NCBI GenBank assembly: GCA_965243135.1
Contig: OZ251539.1
Location: 1,696,001 to 1,760,000 of the forward strand
Length of the DNA: 64,000 nt
Source: Alphaproteobacteria bacterium
GTDB lineage: Bacteria; Pseudomonadota; Alphaproteobacteria; MPNO01; UBA830
Reading direction: 5' to 3'
Shown: positions 44,081-57,473 of the stretch, one piece after another
Layout: the number at the start of each line of letters is the position of its first letter
Numbering within the stretch: position 1 is the stretch's first letter
Program-made: the position numbers and the translations under genes
The notes under the pieces: generated by a model
What the model saw: the letters and a program-made list of their open reading frames with translations, nothing else
Told to the model about the DNA's origin: nothing
Databases searched by the model: none

Positions 44081-44950
44081 ATGTCGGCGGCGAACTTTCC
44101 GGACCGGAACGACAGGCTCTACATTTCGGCCGCGATGAACGCGCCGATGCTCGAACGCGAGCAGGAATCGAACCTCGCCCGGCGCTGGCGCGACAGCAAG
44201 GATGCGCAGGCGCTCGACGAGATCATTACGGCGCATATCCGCCTGGTGGTGAAACTCGCGTCCAGGCTGAGAGGATACGGCTTGCCGATCGGCGACCTGA
44301 TCCAGGAAGGAAACACGGGTCTGATGGAGGCGGCGAACCGCTTCGATCCCGACCGCAACGTGCGGTTCTCGACTTACGCGACGTGGTGGGTCCTCGCCGC
44401 GATGCAGGAATACATCGTGCGCAACTCCTCGATCGTTCGCATCGGCACCACGCCGGCGCAGAAGAGCCTGTTCTTCAACCTGCGCAAGCTCCGGGCGCGC
44501 CTGACCAACAATACGGACAGCCAGATGACCGGCGAGGAGCGCCGGCGGATCGCGACGGAGCTCGGGGTTCCCCTCGCCGCCGTGGAGCGCATGGAGGCTC
44601 ATCTGGCCCGTCCCGACCAGTCGCTCAACGCCACGATCGGCGAAGGGGAGTCGGACGAACTGCTCGATTTCCTGGCCGACGAGGCCGCGACGCCGGACAT
44701 GATCGTCGAAGACATCGTCGACGGCGAGACGAGAGCGCGTTGGGTCAAGGACGCGATGGAGCATCTGACCGACCGGGAAAAGGAGGTCATCTCGCGGCGC
44801 TTCCTCGCCGACAGGAAGGTCACCCTGTCGGAGATCGGCGAAACCTTCGGCGTCACCAAGGAGCGCATCCGCCAGATCGAAGGCAAGGCGCTGTCCAAGA
44901 TGCGCCGCGCCTTGCAGGACCGGCTCACGAACGAGACGTTCCTCAACTGA
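44081..44950 (+). CDS. rpoH2: RNA polymerase sigma-32 factor, RpoH2 type
   Basis: DLIQEGN.GLMEAA.RFDP, RFSTYATWW, RpoH box QKSLFFNLR, KERIRQIE. Confidence 0.85.
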   Translation: MSAANFPDRNDRLYISAAMNAPMLEREQESNLARRWRDSKDAQALDEIITAHIRLVVKLASRLRGYGLPIGDLIQEGNTGLMEAANRFDPDRNVRFSTYATWWVLAAMQEYIVRNSSIVRIGTTPAQKSLFFNLRKLRARLTNNTDSQMTGEERRRIATELGVPLAAVERMEAHLARPDQSLNATIGEGESDELLDFLADEAATPDMIVEDIVDGETRARWVKDAMEHLTDREKEVISRRFLADRKVTLSEIGETFGVTKERIRQIEGKALSKMRRALQDRLTNETFLN

Positions 44951-45123
44951 CGCGGCGCGCCGCCCTTCCCGCCTCGAATGCTTCGGGCGGGAAAGGCGCC
45001 CCGGCGCGACGGGAGCGAACGCGCCGGCGGACGCTTTCAGGAAATCGGCGATGCGGGTATGCTGCACGCAAGCGATTCCCGGCGCGCCGGGCACAGCAAG
45101 TTCAGCCGAAAGAACGGGGGCGC

Positions 45124-46725
45124 ATGACTCGACCCAATTTTCTTTTGTTCGTCACCGACGAGCAGAGGGCCGACCATCTCGGATGCTACGGCAACCCGAT
45201 CGTGAGAACGCGGCACATCGACTCCCTTGCGAAGCGCGGGCTCGCGTTCGACCGGTTCTACGTGGCCTCTCCGATCTGCATGCCGAATCGTTCGACGCTG
45301 ATGACCGGAAGGATGCCGAGCGTCAACGGCGTATACACGAACGGACTTCCGCTTCCGCTCGAGACGGTGACCTTCGTCGATCTGTTGCGCGCGGCCGGTT
45401 ACAGGACCGCGCTGGTCGGCAAGTGCCATCTCCAGAACATGACCGCGACGGCGGTGGACGAATCGACCTTTCCCGTCCGCGGCGCGGGCGAGCCGCCGCC
45501 CGCCGCCTTGCGCGAGGCGCAGGCGCGGCGAATCGCGGGGCCGGAATACGAGCGCGAACGATCCGATCTGTGGGTCGCGAATCCCAGGCGCGATATCGAG
45601 ACGCCGCATTACGGTTTCGATCACGTGCGGTTCGCCAATCTCCATGGCGACCTGGTCGAGGGACATTACACGGGCTGGCTGGCGGAACGGCATTCCGCTC
45701 CGGATTCCTTGCGCGGGCCGGCCAACGCCTTGCCGGGGCACGGATACGCCGCGCCTCAGGCGTGGCGCACGCGCATGCCGGAGGAACTCTACCCAACCTC
45801 CTACGTCGCCGACGAGACCATCTCGTATCTCGAGGATCACGCCCGCGACGGCGGCGGCCGGCCCTTCTTCGTCCAGTGCTCCTTTCCGGATCCGCATCAT
45901 CCGTTCACGCCGCCGGGCAAGTATTGGGATATGTACGATCCGGACAGCATCCCCGTTCCGCCCTCGCATGGCGCGCGGCATGTCGAGCCGCCGCCGTTCA
46001 TGCTGCGGCTTCAGGAGGAATTCGCCGTCGGCGCGGCCAAGCGGGATCACGTTCAGCCGTTCGCCTGCACCGCCCGCGAGGCCAGGGAAATCATCGCCCT
46101 GACTTACGGAATGATCACGATGATCGACGACGCCGTCGGCCGGATTCTCTCCGCGCTTTCGGCGCTGGGTCTCGACGGCGACACCGTCGTCGCGTTCACT
46201 TCGGACCACGGCGACCTGATGGGCGATCACGGGCTCATGCTGAAACACTGTTTCCATCAAGAAGGGCTCATCCGCGCGCCTTTCGTCTGGGCTGATCCCG
46301 CCGACCCGGCGGCGGCGCGCGCCGACCTTCTGTCGGGCACCATCGATATCGCCTCGACCGTCCTGGCCCGCGCCGGACTCGCCCCTTATCACGGCATACA
46401 GGGCTTCGACGTCGTCACGGCGGCGCGGGAGGGCCGGGAACTTCCTCGCCGCGGCATGATGATCGAGGAGGACGATCTGCCGATCAACGCGAACGTGGAA
46501 GCCTACACGCGGGTCAGGAGCTTCGTCACCGGGCGATGGCGCCTGACGTTCTGGCCCGACGACGATTTCTGCGAACTCTACGATCGCCGCGCCGACCCGC
46601 TGGAACTGGTCAACCTGTGGAACGACCCCGCCTCCCGGGACGACAAGGCCGCTTTGCTGGAAGAAATGGCGCTGGAACGCATCGCGCTGGAGGAGTGGGC
46701 GCCGCGTTCCAAATTCTGCGCCTGA
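45124..46725 (+). CDS. Sulfatase (Cys-type, formylglycine-dependent family)
   Basis: PNFLLFVTDEQR, CMPNR (CxPxR) + LMTGR, GKCHL, FPDPHHPF, TSDHG. Confidence 0.92.
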   Translation: MTRPNFLLFVTDEQRADHLGCYGNPIVRTRHIDSLAKRGLAFDRFYVASPICMPNRSTLMTGRMPSVNGVYTNGLPLPLETVTFVDLLRAAGYRTALVGKCHLQNMTATAVDESTFPVRGAGEPPPAALREAQARRIAGPEYERERSDLWVANPRRDIETPHYGFDHVRFANLHGDLVEGHYTGWLAERHSAPDSLRGPANALPGHGYAAPQAWRTRMPEELYPTSYVADETISYLEDHARDGGGRPFFVQCSFPDPHHPFTPPGKYWDMYDPDSIPVPPSHGARHVEPPPFMLRLQEEFAVGAAKRDHVQPFACTAREAREIIALTYGMITMIDDAVGRILSALSALGLDGDTVVAFTSDHGDLMGDHGLMLKHCFHQEGLIRAPFVWADPADPAAARADLLSGTIDIASTVLARAGLAPYHGIQGFDVVTAAREGRELPRRGMMIEEDDLPINANVEAYTRVRSFVTGRWRLTFWPDDDFCELYDRRADPLELVNLWNDPASRDDKAALLEEMALERIALEEWAPRSKFCA

Positions 46726-46785
46726 CGGAACGCGCGCCGGCGGTTCCCGAAACGCGACGCGAGACGAGCGCGCGGGCTTCCTTGA

Positions 46786-49700
<2,915 letters not shown>

Positions 49701-49753
49701 TCCCTTTTCGCCTCCTGCGCTTCCGGACGACGGGCAAGCGAATCGCTCGCCCG

Positions 49754-50797
49754 TCAGGGATGAACGGGCAGCTGCCCCAGCCCGGCGGTCTCCGGCAGGC
49801 CGAACATGAGGTTCATATTCTGGACCGCCTGTCCCGCCGCCCCTTTCACCAGGTTGTCGAGAACGGAAAGAACGATGGCGCGGCCTGGCAGCCGGTCGGC
49901 GAAGACGCCCAGCATCGCCATGTTCGATCCTCGCACGTGCCGGGTCGCGGGCGAAACGCCTTCGGGAACGACGCGCACGAAAGGCTCTCCGCCGTACCGC
50001 GACCGCAGAAGTTCGCGGAGCGACGCCGCGGTCGCGCCGCCGGCAAGCGCGACGTGGATGGTCGACAGGATGCCCCGGTTCATCGGCACGAGATGCGGCG
50101 TGAAGCCGACCGTAACCGGACCGTTGGCCGCCCGGCTCAGTTCCTGTTCGATTTCGGGCGCGTGACGGTGGCTGGCGACGCCGTACGCGTGGATGCCCTC
50201 GGACACTTCGGCGAAAAGGCTCGCCTCCTTCGCCACCCGCCCGGCGCCGCTCACCCCGGACTTGGAATCGATGATGATCCCGCGTTCGACGTCGAGCGCC
50301 CCGGCCTCCAACATCGGCGCGAGCGGCAGGATCGCGGACGTGGGATAGCATCCGGGACACGCCACCAGCCGCGCGGCGGCGATCTCTTCGCGCGCTAGTT
50401 CGGTCAAACCGTAGACGGCGTCCCTCTGGAGTCCGACCGCGCGATGCTCGTGCCCGTACCACTCGGCGTAGGTTCCCGCGTCGCGCAACCGGAAGTCCGC
50501 GGACAGGTCGATGATCTTGAGATGCTGCGGCAGAGCGGCGACCGTTTCCTGAGTCGTTCCGTGCGGAAGGCAGCAAAACACCGCGTCGATGCCGGACCAG
50601 TCCTGATCCTCGATGCGCGTCAGTTTCGGCAGGTTCCGGCCGGCGAACTGCGGAAAGACGTCGGCGATTTCGCCGCCCGCGCGCCGGTCGGCGGTCGCCG
50701 CCGCGACCTCCGCTTCCGGATGCGGAAGCAGAAGCCTCAGGACCTCCGAACCAGTGTATCCGCTAGCGCCGAGAACGCCGACCCGAACGGCGGGCAT
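49754..50797 (-). CDS. argC: N-acetyl-gamma-glutamyl-phosphate reductase
   Basis: GASGYTG, DLSADFRL, PGCYPT, SGVSGAG, DNLVKGAAGQA. Confidence 0.96.
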   Translation of the reverse strand: MPAVRVGVLGASGYTGSEVLRLLLPHPEAEVAAATADRRAGGEIADVFPQFAGRNLPKLTRIEDQDWSGIDAVFCCLPHGTTQETVAALPQHLKIIDLSADFRLRDAGTYAEWYGHEHRAVGLQRDAVYGLTELAREEIAAARLVACPGCYPTSAILPLAPMLEAGALDVERGIIIDSKSGVSGAGRVAKEASLFAEVSEGIHAYGVASHRHAPEIEQELSRAANGPVTVGFTPHLVPMNRGILSTIHVALAGGATAASLRELLRSRYGGEPFVRVVPEGVSPATRHVRGSNMAMLGVFADRLPGRAIVLSVLDNLVKGAAGQAVQNMNLMFGLPETAGLGQLPVHP

Positions 50798-50840
50798 CGT
50801 GCTTACCTCTCTCAGGGATGCGGGAAAGCGCCCGCGGCCG

Positions 50841-51362
50841 TCACCGCTTCGAGAACTGGAAGCTGCGCCTGGCCTTGCGCTTGCCGTATTTCTTGCGCTC
50901 GACGATCCGGGAATCGCGGGTCAGAAAGCCGCCCTTCTTGAGGGCCGGGCGCAGCCCGGGCTCGATCAGGGACAGAGCCTTCGAAATCCCGTGGCGCACG
51001 GCGCCCGCCTGTCCCGAGAGGCCGCCCCCCCTGACGGAGCACCATACGTCGTACTGATCTCTGCGATCGACGGCTTCGAACGGCTGGCCGATGATCATCT
51101 GCAACACCGGACGGGCGAAATAGTTCGGCCCCTCCTTCCCGTTGACCAAAACGACGCCGCGGCCGCGCCTGACCCAGACCCGCGCCACAGCGTTCTTGCG
51201 CTTGCCGGTGGCGTATGCGCGACCCATGGCGTCGAGCTGCGGTTCGTTGACTTCCGGAGCGGGAGGCGGCTGGGCCGTCGCCGCGAGGCGCGCTTCGTCC
51301 GCCGCCATCGCCTCCTTGAACACGTCGCCGAGCTTGGCGCTTCCGGTGTCGTTGTCGGCCAT
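50841..51362 (-). CDS. rpsI: 30S ribosomal protein S9
   Basis: [33 protein letters not shown]. Confidence 0.98.
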   Translation of the reverse strand: MADNDTGSAKLGDVFKEAMAADEARLAATAQPPPAPEVNEPQLDAMGRAYATGKRKNAVARVWVRRGRGVVLVNGKEGPNYFARPVLQMIIGQPFEAVDRRDQYDVWCSVRGGGLSGQAGAVRHGISKALSLIEPGLRPALKKGGFLTRDSRIVERKKYGKRKARRSFQFSKR

Positions 51363-51363
51363 G

Positions 51364-51828
51364 TCAGAAAGTCCTCTTGTTCTTCCGGTTCAGCGCGCCG
51401 AAGTCGAGCGTTTCGGGCTTCTGCGCCTCATGGGGGTGATCCGGTCCGGCATAGACGCGAAGCTTGGTCAGCTGCCTGCGGCCCAGTTTGGTCTTGGGCA
51501 GCATGCGCTCAACCGCCTTCATGACGATCCGCTCCGATTTTCCGTCGGCCATAAGTTTTCCGGGCGTGACGCTCCTGATTCCGCCGGGATAACCGGTATG
51601 GCGGTAATAGACCTTGTCGGTCAGCTTGTTTCCGGTGAGAGCCACCTTGTCCGCGTTGACGACGATGACGCCGTCGCCGCAGTCCATGTGCGGGGTGAAG
51701 GTCGGCTTGTGCTTGCCGCGAAGAATTCTGGCGCAGTGCGCCGCGAGGCGGCCGAGCACCACGTTCTCCGCGTCGATCAGGATCCAGCCTGCGTGGAGAT
51801 CCGCAGCCTTGGCGGAATAGGTTTTCAT
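51364..51828 (-). CDS. rplM: 50S ribosomal protein L13
   Basis: [34 protein letters not shown]. Confidence 0.98.
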   Translation of the reverse strand: MKTYSAKAADLHAGWILIDAENVVLGRLAAHCARILRGKHKPTFTPHMDCGDGVIVVNADKVALTGNKLTDKVYYRHTGYPGGIRSVTPGKLMADGKSERIVMKAVERMLPKTKLGRRQLTKLRVYAGPDHPHEAQKPETLDFGALNRKNKRTF

Positions 51829-52036
51829 TGCACGTCGTCCAAACGGGGCGGGAAAGCGAGGGGGAATATGTCAGGATTTTTCGGCCTGTCAATGCGTTCC
51901 GGCGCGAAACAGGCTGGCGACGGGCGGCGATCGGCGATTTTTCGTTCGGCCGACGCTTCGGGCTGCCGATTCGGGGTATGAAAAAAGCCTGATTGATGCG
52001 ACCATCGGCGGGACGGCAACGGAAAGGAAGCATGGC

Positions 52037-52813
52037 ATGGACGGCATTCTCCAGCGCGCCGACGCGGCCGGCGTCGCGACGCTGACCCTCAATCGTCCGC
52101 AGGCGCGGAACGCCCTTTCGATCGCGCTGATGGCCGCCCTCCAGGCCGAATTCGACGCGATCGCCGCCGACCCCTCCGTGCGGGTCGTCGTCGTCGCCGC
52201 GCGCGGACCCGCCTTCTGCGCCGGGCACGACCTTCGCGAAATCCGCAGCAATCCCGGACGCGACGCCTACGAGGAGCTCTTCTCCCGATGCTCCGACCTC
52301 ATGCTCGCCATAACGCGCCTGCCCCAACCCGTAATCGCGCAGGTGCACGCGATCGCGACGGCGGCGGGATGCCAGCTGGTCGCGAGCTGCGACCTTGCGA
52401 TCGCCGCGGCCGGCGCCCGCTTCGCGACGCCGGGCGTGAACATCGGACTGTTCTGTTCGACTCCCATGGTGGCGGTGAGCCGCAACGTGCCGCGCAAGCG
52501 AATGATGGAGATGCTTCTGACGGGCGAAACGATCGACGCCGAAACGGCGGTCGAACTGGGCCTTGTCAATAAGGTGGTCGAAGACTCGCAGCTCGTCGGC
52601 GAGGTCGCCCGATGGAGCAGCGGAATCGCGTCGAAATCGCCGCTCACCCTCAAGATCGGCAAACAGGCGTTTTACCGCCAGCTCGACCTGCCTCTGGAGG
52701 AAGCCTATCGCTACGCCGGCAAGGCGATGGTCGAGAACATGCTCGCCCGCGACGCCGGGGAAGGCATCGACGCCTTTCTGCAGAAGCGCGCGCCCGTTTG
52801 GCAGGGCGAGTAG
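52037..52813 (+). CDS. Enoyl-CoA hydratase/isomerase family (ECHDC3-like)
   Basis: FCAGHDL, ATAAGCQLVASCD, PGVNIGLFCSTP. Confidence 0.92.
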   Translation: MDGILQRADAAGVATLTLNRPQARNALSIALMAALQAEFDAIAADPSVRVVVVAARGPAFCAGHDLREIRSNPGRDAYEELFSRCSDLMLAITRLPQPVIAQVHAIATAAGCQLVASCDLAIAAAGARFATPGVNIGLFCSTPMVAVSRNVPRKRMMEMLLTGETIDAETAVELGLVNKVVEDSQLVGEVARWSSGIASKSPLTLKIGKQAFYRQLDLPLEEAYRYAGKAMVENMLARDAGEGIDAFLQKRAPVWQGE

Positions 52814-53002
52814 CCGATGCCGGTTATCGGCGCGACGGCGGAGATCGCGCGACGACGCCCGCCGCGCGCGAGCGGAATTTCGTTGGTTCGCCTTCGTCGG
52901 CGACGCGTTCGAAGCCGCGGCGCCGACGTTCGCCAAGCGCCGTTTCGGCAAGGCGGCGCGCGCCGGAAATGCGAGCGCCATGGAGAGATTTGAGGCCAAA
53001 CG

Positions 53003-53500
53003 ATGATTCCCTATTCCGACGCGCTGCTTCGGCGCATCCTGGCGGAAACCCGAACGATCGCCATGGTGGGGGCGTCCGGGAACTGGGTCCGGCCGAGCAA
53101 TTTCGCCATGAAGTATCTGCAGGAAAAGGGATACCGGGTCGTTCCGGTCAATCCCGGCAGCGCGGGCCTGGAGATCAACGGAGAGACGTGTCGCCGCTCG
53201 CTGGACGAGGTTCCCGACGCCTTCGACATGGTCGACATATTCCGAAGGTCCGAAGAGGCGGGAGCCATCGTGGACGAGGCGATTCGCCTGAAGGACGAGA
53301 AGGGCATAAGGACGATCTGGATGCAGCTCGGCGTCGCGGACGAGGCCGCCGCCGCGCGGGCCGAAGCCGCCGGTTTCGCCGTCGTCATGGACAGGTGTCC
53401 CAAGATCGAGTTCGGACGCTTGCACCACGAACTGTCATGGTCCGGCATCAATTCCGGGCTTATTTCCTCGAAGCGCCCGAAACTGCGGCGGGCGGGCTGA
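53003..53500 (+). CDS. CoA-binding protein (YccU-like)
   Basis: IAMVGAS...RPS, VPVNP, DMVDIFR, WMQLG, MDRCPKIE. Confidence 0.92.
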   Translation: MIPYSDALLRRILAETRTIAMVGASGNWVRPSNFAMKYLQEKGYRVVPVNPGSAGLEINGETCRRSLDEVPDAFDMVDIFRRSEEAGAIVDEAIRLKDEKGIRTIWMQLGVADEAAAARAEAAGFAVVMDRCPKIEFGRLHHELSWSGINSGLISSKRPKLRRAG

Positions 53501-53504
53501 CCGG

Positions 53505-54827
53505 ATGGGAAACTCGGAGAAACGTCCGCCGCCGATCAGCGGGGAGCGCGCCGCGAGCGCGTACGGATTCGAGACCCGCGCCGTGCATGCAGGCGCGGCT
53601 CCCGATGCGGTCACCGGCGCCCGCAACACGCCCATTCACCATTCCACGTCCTACGTGTTCGACGATGTCGATCACGCGGCCTCGCTGTTCAACCTGCAAA
53701 CCTTCGGCTTCATTTATTCGCGAATCGGCAATCCCACGGTCGCCGTGCTCGAGGAGCGCATCGCCAGTCTCGAGAACGGGCGCGCGGCCTGCGCTGCCGG
53801 TTCCGGCCATGCCGCGCAATTCCTTGCGTTCTTCGCCTTCATGGAGCCGGGCGACCATTTCGTCGCGTCCCGCTACCTTTACGGAGGATCGATTACCCAG
53901 TTCGGAGTTAGCTTCAGGAAACTGGGCTGGCATTGCAGCTTTGCGGATCCGCTGGAACCGGAGTCCTTCCGCAGGGCGCTCCGCCCCGATTCGAAGGCGA
54001 TTTTCATCGAATCCGTCTCCAACCCGTCCTGCGTGATCGGCGATATCCGGGCCATCGCGGAGGTCGCGCGGGAGGCCGGGCTTCCCCTGATCGTCGACAA
54101 CACGATGGCGACTCCCTACCTGTTCAATCCTTTCGATCACGGCGCCGACATCGTGATTCATTCGACCACGAAGTTTTTGAACGGCCACGGCAACTCCATG
54201 GGAGGCGCGATCGTCGAATCGGGCGGATTCGACTGGGGACAGAACGGCAAGTTTCCGTCCATGACGAAGCCGGACGAGGCGTACCACGGCCTGACCTTTT
54301 ACGAGACGTTCGGGGATTTCGGTTTCACGATGCGCGTTCGCGCGGTGGCGCTGCGGGATTTCGGAGCCGCGCTGTCTCCGACCAACGCGTTCCTGACCAT
54401 CACCGGAATCGAGACCCTGCCCTTGCGCATGGAGCGTCACGTGGCGAACGCGGAAGCGGTGGCGGCGTTTCTTGAGAACCATCCCGCCGTCGCGTGGGTG
54501 TCCTATGCCGGTCTCGAATCGAGCCCGTCTTTCGGAATGAAAAAAATTTATTTTCCAAAGGGTTGCGGATCCGTTTTCACCTTCGGCGTCAAGGGAGGTT
54601 TCGATGCCGGCAAACGGCTCGTCGAAAGCTGCAACCTGCTGTCGCATCTCGCCAACGTAGGCGACACGCGAAGCCTCATCCTGCATCCCGCCTCGACCAC
54701 CCATCGTCAGCTCACGGAAGAACAACAGGTCGCCGCGGGCGCAGGTCCGGAAGTGGTGAGGCTCTCGGTCGGCCTCGAAACGGTGGACGACATTCTCCGG
54801 GATCTCGACGAAGCGCTGACGCGGTAG
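53505..54827 (+). CDS. Second MetY-family PLP enzyme (O-acetylhomoserine aminocarboxypropyltransferase-like)
   Basis: FETRAVHAG, YSRIGNPT, HSTTKFLNGHG, LANVGDTRSL, HPASTTH. Confidence 0.92.
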   Translation: MGNSEKRPPPISGERAASAYGFETRAVHAGAAPDAVTGARNTPIHHSTSYVFDDVDHAASLFNLQTFGFIYSRIGNPTVAVLEERIASLENGRAACAAGSGHAAQFLAFFAFMEPGDHFVASRYLYGGSITQFGVSFRKLGWHCSFADPLEPESFRRALRPDSKAIFIESVSNPSCVIGDIRAIAEVAREAGLPLIVDNTMATPYLFNPFDHGADIVIHSTTKFLNGHGNSMGGAIVESGGFDWGQNGKFPSMTKPDEAYHGLTFYETFGDFGFTMRVRAVALRDFGAALSPTNAFLTITGIETLPLRMERHVANAEAVAAFLENHPAVAWVSYAGLESSPSFGMKKIYFPKGCGSVFTFGVKGGFDAGKRLVESCNLLSHLANVGDTRSLILHPASTTHRQLTEEQQVAAGAGPEVVRLSVGLETVDDILRDLDEALTR

Positions 54828-54953
54828 ACGGGACAAGCCGGGACGTTTCTACCCGGCCATTCCGCGTCGGCAGCGTCGTCGCGGTTCGCCGCCATGCCTC
54901 TTTCCGCAAGTTCGCGGACCCGGTTCCCGGCGAACCCCCGGTGCGCTCCAACT

Positions 54954-56177
54954 CTATGTCGCGGCCTGCGGCGTCCGCTCCCGTCCGCCGGGAAGAAGCA
55001 TGGCGAAGCAAACGATCGTCCCCGCGATCATGGCCATCGCAAGGAACATCCAGCGAAAATCGCCGGTTGCGTCGAAAATGCGCCCGGCCGCCGGAATCGC
55101 AAGGGAGCTCACCCCCAGCGCAAGCACGAACTTGACGCCGAAGGCGGTCGCGTGCCATCGCGAGGGACAATAGTGCGCGACCAGGCTGTTCTCCGCCGGC
55201 AGGGAGGCCGTGATCGCGAACATGACGAGCGCCGCGAGCGCGACGAACGGCAGTCCCGCGATTTCAGCGGCTGCAACGGCAAGGGGAACCATCACGACGA
55301 AGACGCCGGGATAAACCAGCGTCAGTCGGAAGCGGTCCGCCAGCCAGCCGCCGGCCAGTTGACCGAAGGCGCCCGTCACGAGGGCCAAGGACACCAGAAC
55401 GCCCGCTCCGGCGAGGCCTGCCCATTCCAGCGCCACCGGCGCGCGGACGGCAAACGCCTTCGGCAACGTGATCGTATGCGCCTGCGCGAGAAAGCCGACG
55501 CAGAGCGCCGTCGCCGCGAGAAGCGCCAACCCGCGAAGCGCGCGCGGCGAAGGAGGCGCTCCGGCCGTCTTTTTGTCGCGGCCGGGATTCTTCATGCCGC
55601 TTTGCACTAGCAGGAAGGCGACGCCGGTGGCCGTGCAGACGATTCCGGGCACCAGAAACGCGGCGCGCCATCCCATGACCGCGGTAAGGCCGCCAGCGAC
55701 GAGCGAAGCGGAAGCTATGCCGGCCGAACCGAAAACGCCGTTGATGCCGAGCGCCCTGCCCCGCGCTTTCGCATTCGTGACGATCCATGCGGTGCCCACG
55801 GGGTGATAGATGGCGGAGAACAACCCGATCGCGGCGAGCGCGATCTGGATGCCGACAGGCCCCGACGCGAGGCCCGCGGCTATCGCGGACAGCCCCGTCC
55901 CCAGGAAGAAGATCGTCAACATGCCCGGGACGCTCCAACGATCTCCGAACCAGCCCGCAGGCAGGGCGGCGACGCCGTAAAGCACGAATCCCGCGAAAGA
56001 CAAGGAAATCAATTCGCCGTAAGACCTGTCGAAAGCCGTTTCGAGGGCGATGACGACGGTCGGGTAGATCAGCATGAACAAGTGGCTGTAGAAGTGCGCC
56101 ACGTTGGCGAACATCAGCGAGACGGAACGGGTCACGGGCGGCGTTTTCCAGGCGTTCTTGCGGGATTCTTGCGACAT
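54954..56177 (-). CDS. MFS transporter (Fsr-like)
   Basis: GWFGDRW, SAIYHPVG, GRALGING, GWLADRF. Confidence 0.88.
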   Translation of the reverse strand: MSQESRKNAWKTPPVTRSVSLMFANVAHFYSHLFMLIYPTVVIALETAFDRSYGELISLSFAGFVLYGVAALPAGWFGDRWSVPGMLTIFFLGTGLSAIAAGLASGPVGIQIALAAIGLFSAIYHPVGTAWIVTNAKARGRALGINGVFGSAGIASASLVAGGLTAVMGWRAAFLVPGIVCTATGVAFLLVQSGMKNPGRDKKTAGAPPSPRALRGLALLAATALCVGFLAQAHTITLPKAFAVRAPVALEWAGLAGAGVLVSLALVTGAFGQLAGGWLADRFRLTLVYPGVFVVMVPLAVAAAEIAGLPFVALAALVMFAITASLPAENSLVAHYCPSRWHATAFGVKFVLALGVSSLAIPAAGRIFDATGDFRWMFLAMAMIAGTIVCFAMLLPGGRERTPQAAT

Positions 56178-56260
56178 AAGCCGGGCCGGCGACGTTGCCC
56201 GCAGGACGACATGAAGAATTTCGTAGATATCGTCGTCATATTTCGTGTATATTCGACGAC

Positions 56261-57409
56261 ATGATTTACTCTCGTCTGCTGCGTCCGCCCGGGCAAAGCT
56301 TTTTTCTGCTGGGCCTGCGCGGCGCCGGAAAGAGCACATGGGCACGGTCCGCGTTTCCGGATGCGTTCCACATGGACCTTCTGAACGAGCGACTATATCA
56401 GGATCTGCTTGCGGACCCGTCGCTTTTTTTTCAGTCGGTGCAGCATCTCGCGGCCGGCGAATGGGTCGTGGTCGACGAAATTCAGAGGCTGCCGTCGCTG
56501 CTGAACGAGGTCCATCGGCTGATCGAAACCCGTCGACTGCGCTTTGCGCTGCTCGGTTCGAGCGCGCGCAAACTCAAGGCGGCCGGCACGAATCTGCTCG
56601 CGGGACGCGCGCTCATGAAGACGATGTTTCCGCTCACCGCGAACGAACTGGGTTCGGAGTTCGACCTCGACGGGGTGCTTCGTTACGGATCGTTGCCGCT
56701 CGTCCGCGCCAGCGCCGCGCCGCGCGAAGTTCTCGAAACCTACGCGTTGCTGTACTTGAGGGAAGAAGTTCGCGCCGAGGCGCTGGTCCGGAATCTTCCC
56801 GGTTTCGCGCGCTTTCTCTCCATCGCCGCTCTGTTCAACGGACAGGCCGTAAACGTCGCCGGAATCGCAAGGGATGCCCGCGCCGCCCGCACCACGGTGG
56901 AGGGATATCTCGGGATTTTGGAGGACACGCTGCTGGTTCATCGCCTGCCGGCGTACGGTGCCGGCCTGCGCGCGCGGGAACGCCAACAGCCGAAACTCTA
57001 CTGGGTCGATCCCGGCGTCGTCCGCGCGGTCAAGCGGCAGCTCGGAGAACTTTCGGCGGAAGAGCGCGGTCCCCTTCTCGAATGCTGGGCCGCCACGACG
57101 TTGCGCGCGCACGCGGAAGCCGAACGGCTTTACGACGAGATGTCGTACTGGTCGCCGCACCAAAGCGCGGTGGAGGTCGATTTCCTGTTGCGCCGCGACC
57201 GGGAGTTCCTGGCGATCGAGGTAAAGGCGACCGACCGCTACCATACCGGCTTGCTGAAGGGGTTGCGCGCGATCGAAGCCCTGTCCGGATTGGCAAGGCG
57301 CGTGCTCGTCTACACCGGCTCCCGCTCCTTCCGCTCCGCCGACGGAATCGAAATCTGGCCGGCGCGCCGCTTCGCCGCCGCCGTCGCCGAAGGGGATCTG
57401 TGGCCTTGA
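56261..57409 (+). CDS. AAA+ ATPase (AAA_14) with DUF4143/PD-(D/E)xK-like C-terminus
   Basis: Walker A GLRGAGKST, Walker B VVVDEIQ, GSS, LAGRA, PKLYWVDPG, EVDF..IEVK. Confidence 0.9.
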   Translation: MIYSRLLRPPGQSFFLLGLRGAGKSTWARSAFPDAFHMDLLNERLYQDLLADPSLFFQSVQHLAAGEWVVVDEIQRLPSLLNEVHRLIETRRLRFALLGSSARKLKAAGTNLLAGRALMKTMFPLTANELGSEFDLDGVLRYGSLPLVRASAAPREVLETYALLYLREEVRAEALVRNLPGFARFLSIAALFNGQAVNVAGIARDARAARTTVEGYLGILEDTLLVHRLPAYGAGLRARERQQPKLYWVDPGVVRAVKRQLGELSAEERGPLLECWAATTLRAHAEAERLYDEMSYWSPHQSAVEVDFLLRRDREFLAIEVKATDRYHTGLLKGLRAIEALSGLARRVLVYTGSRSFRSADGIEIWPARRFAAAVAEGDLWP

Positions 57410-57473
57410 AGCGGACATGTCGCGCCGCCCGGGCTCGGCGGAGTTTACGGGGCCTGCGAAGCGGGCGCGCGGC

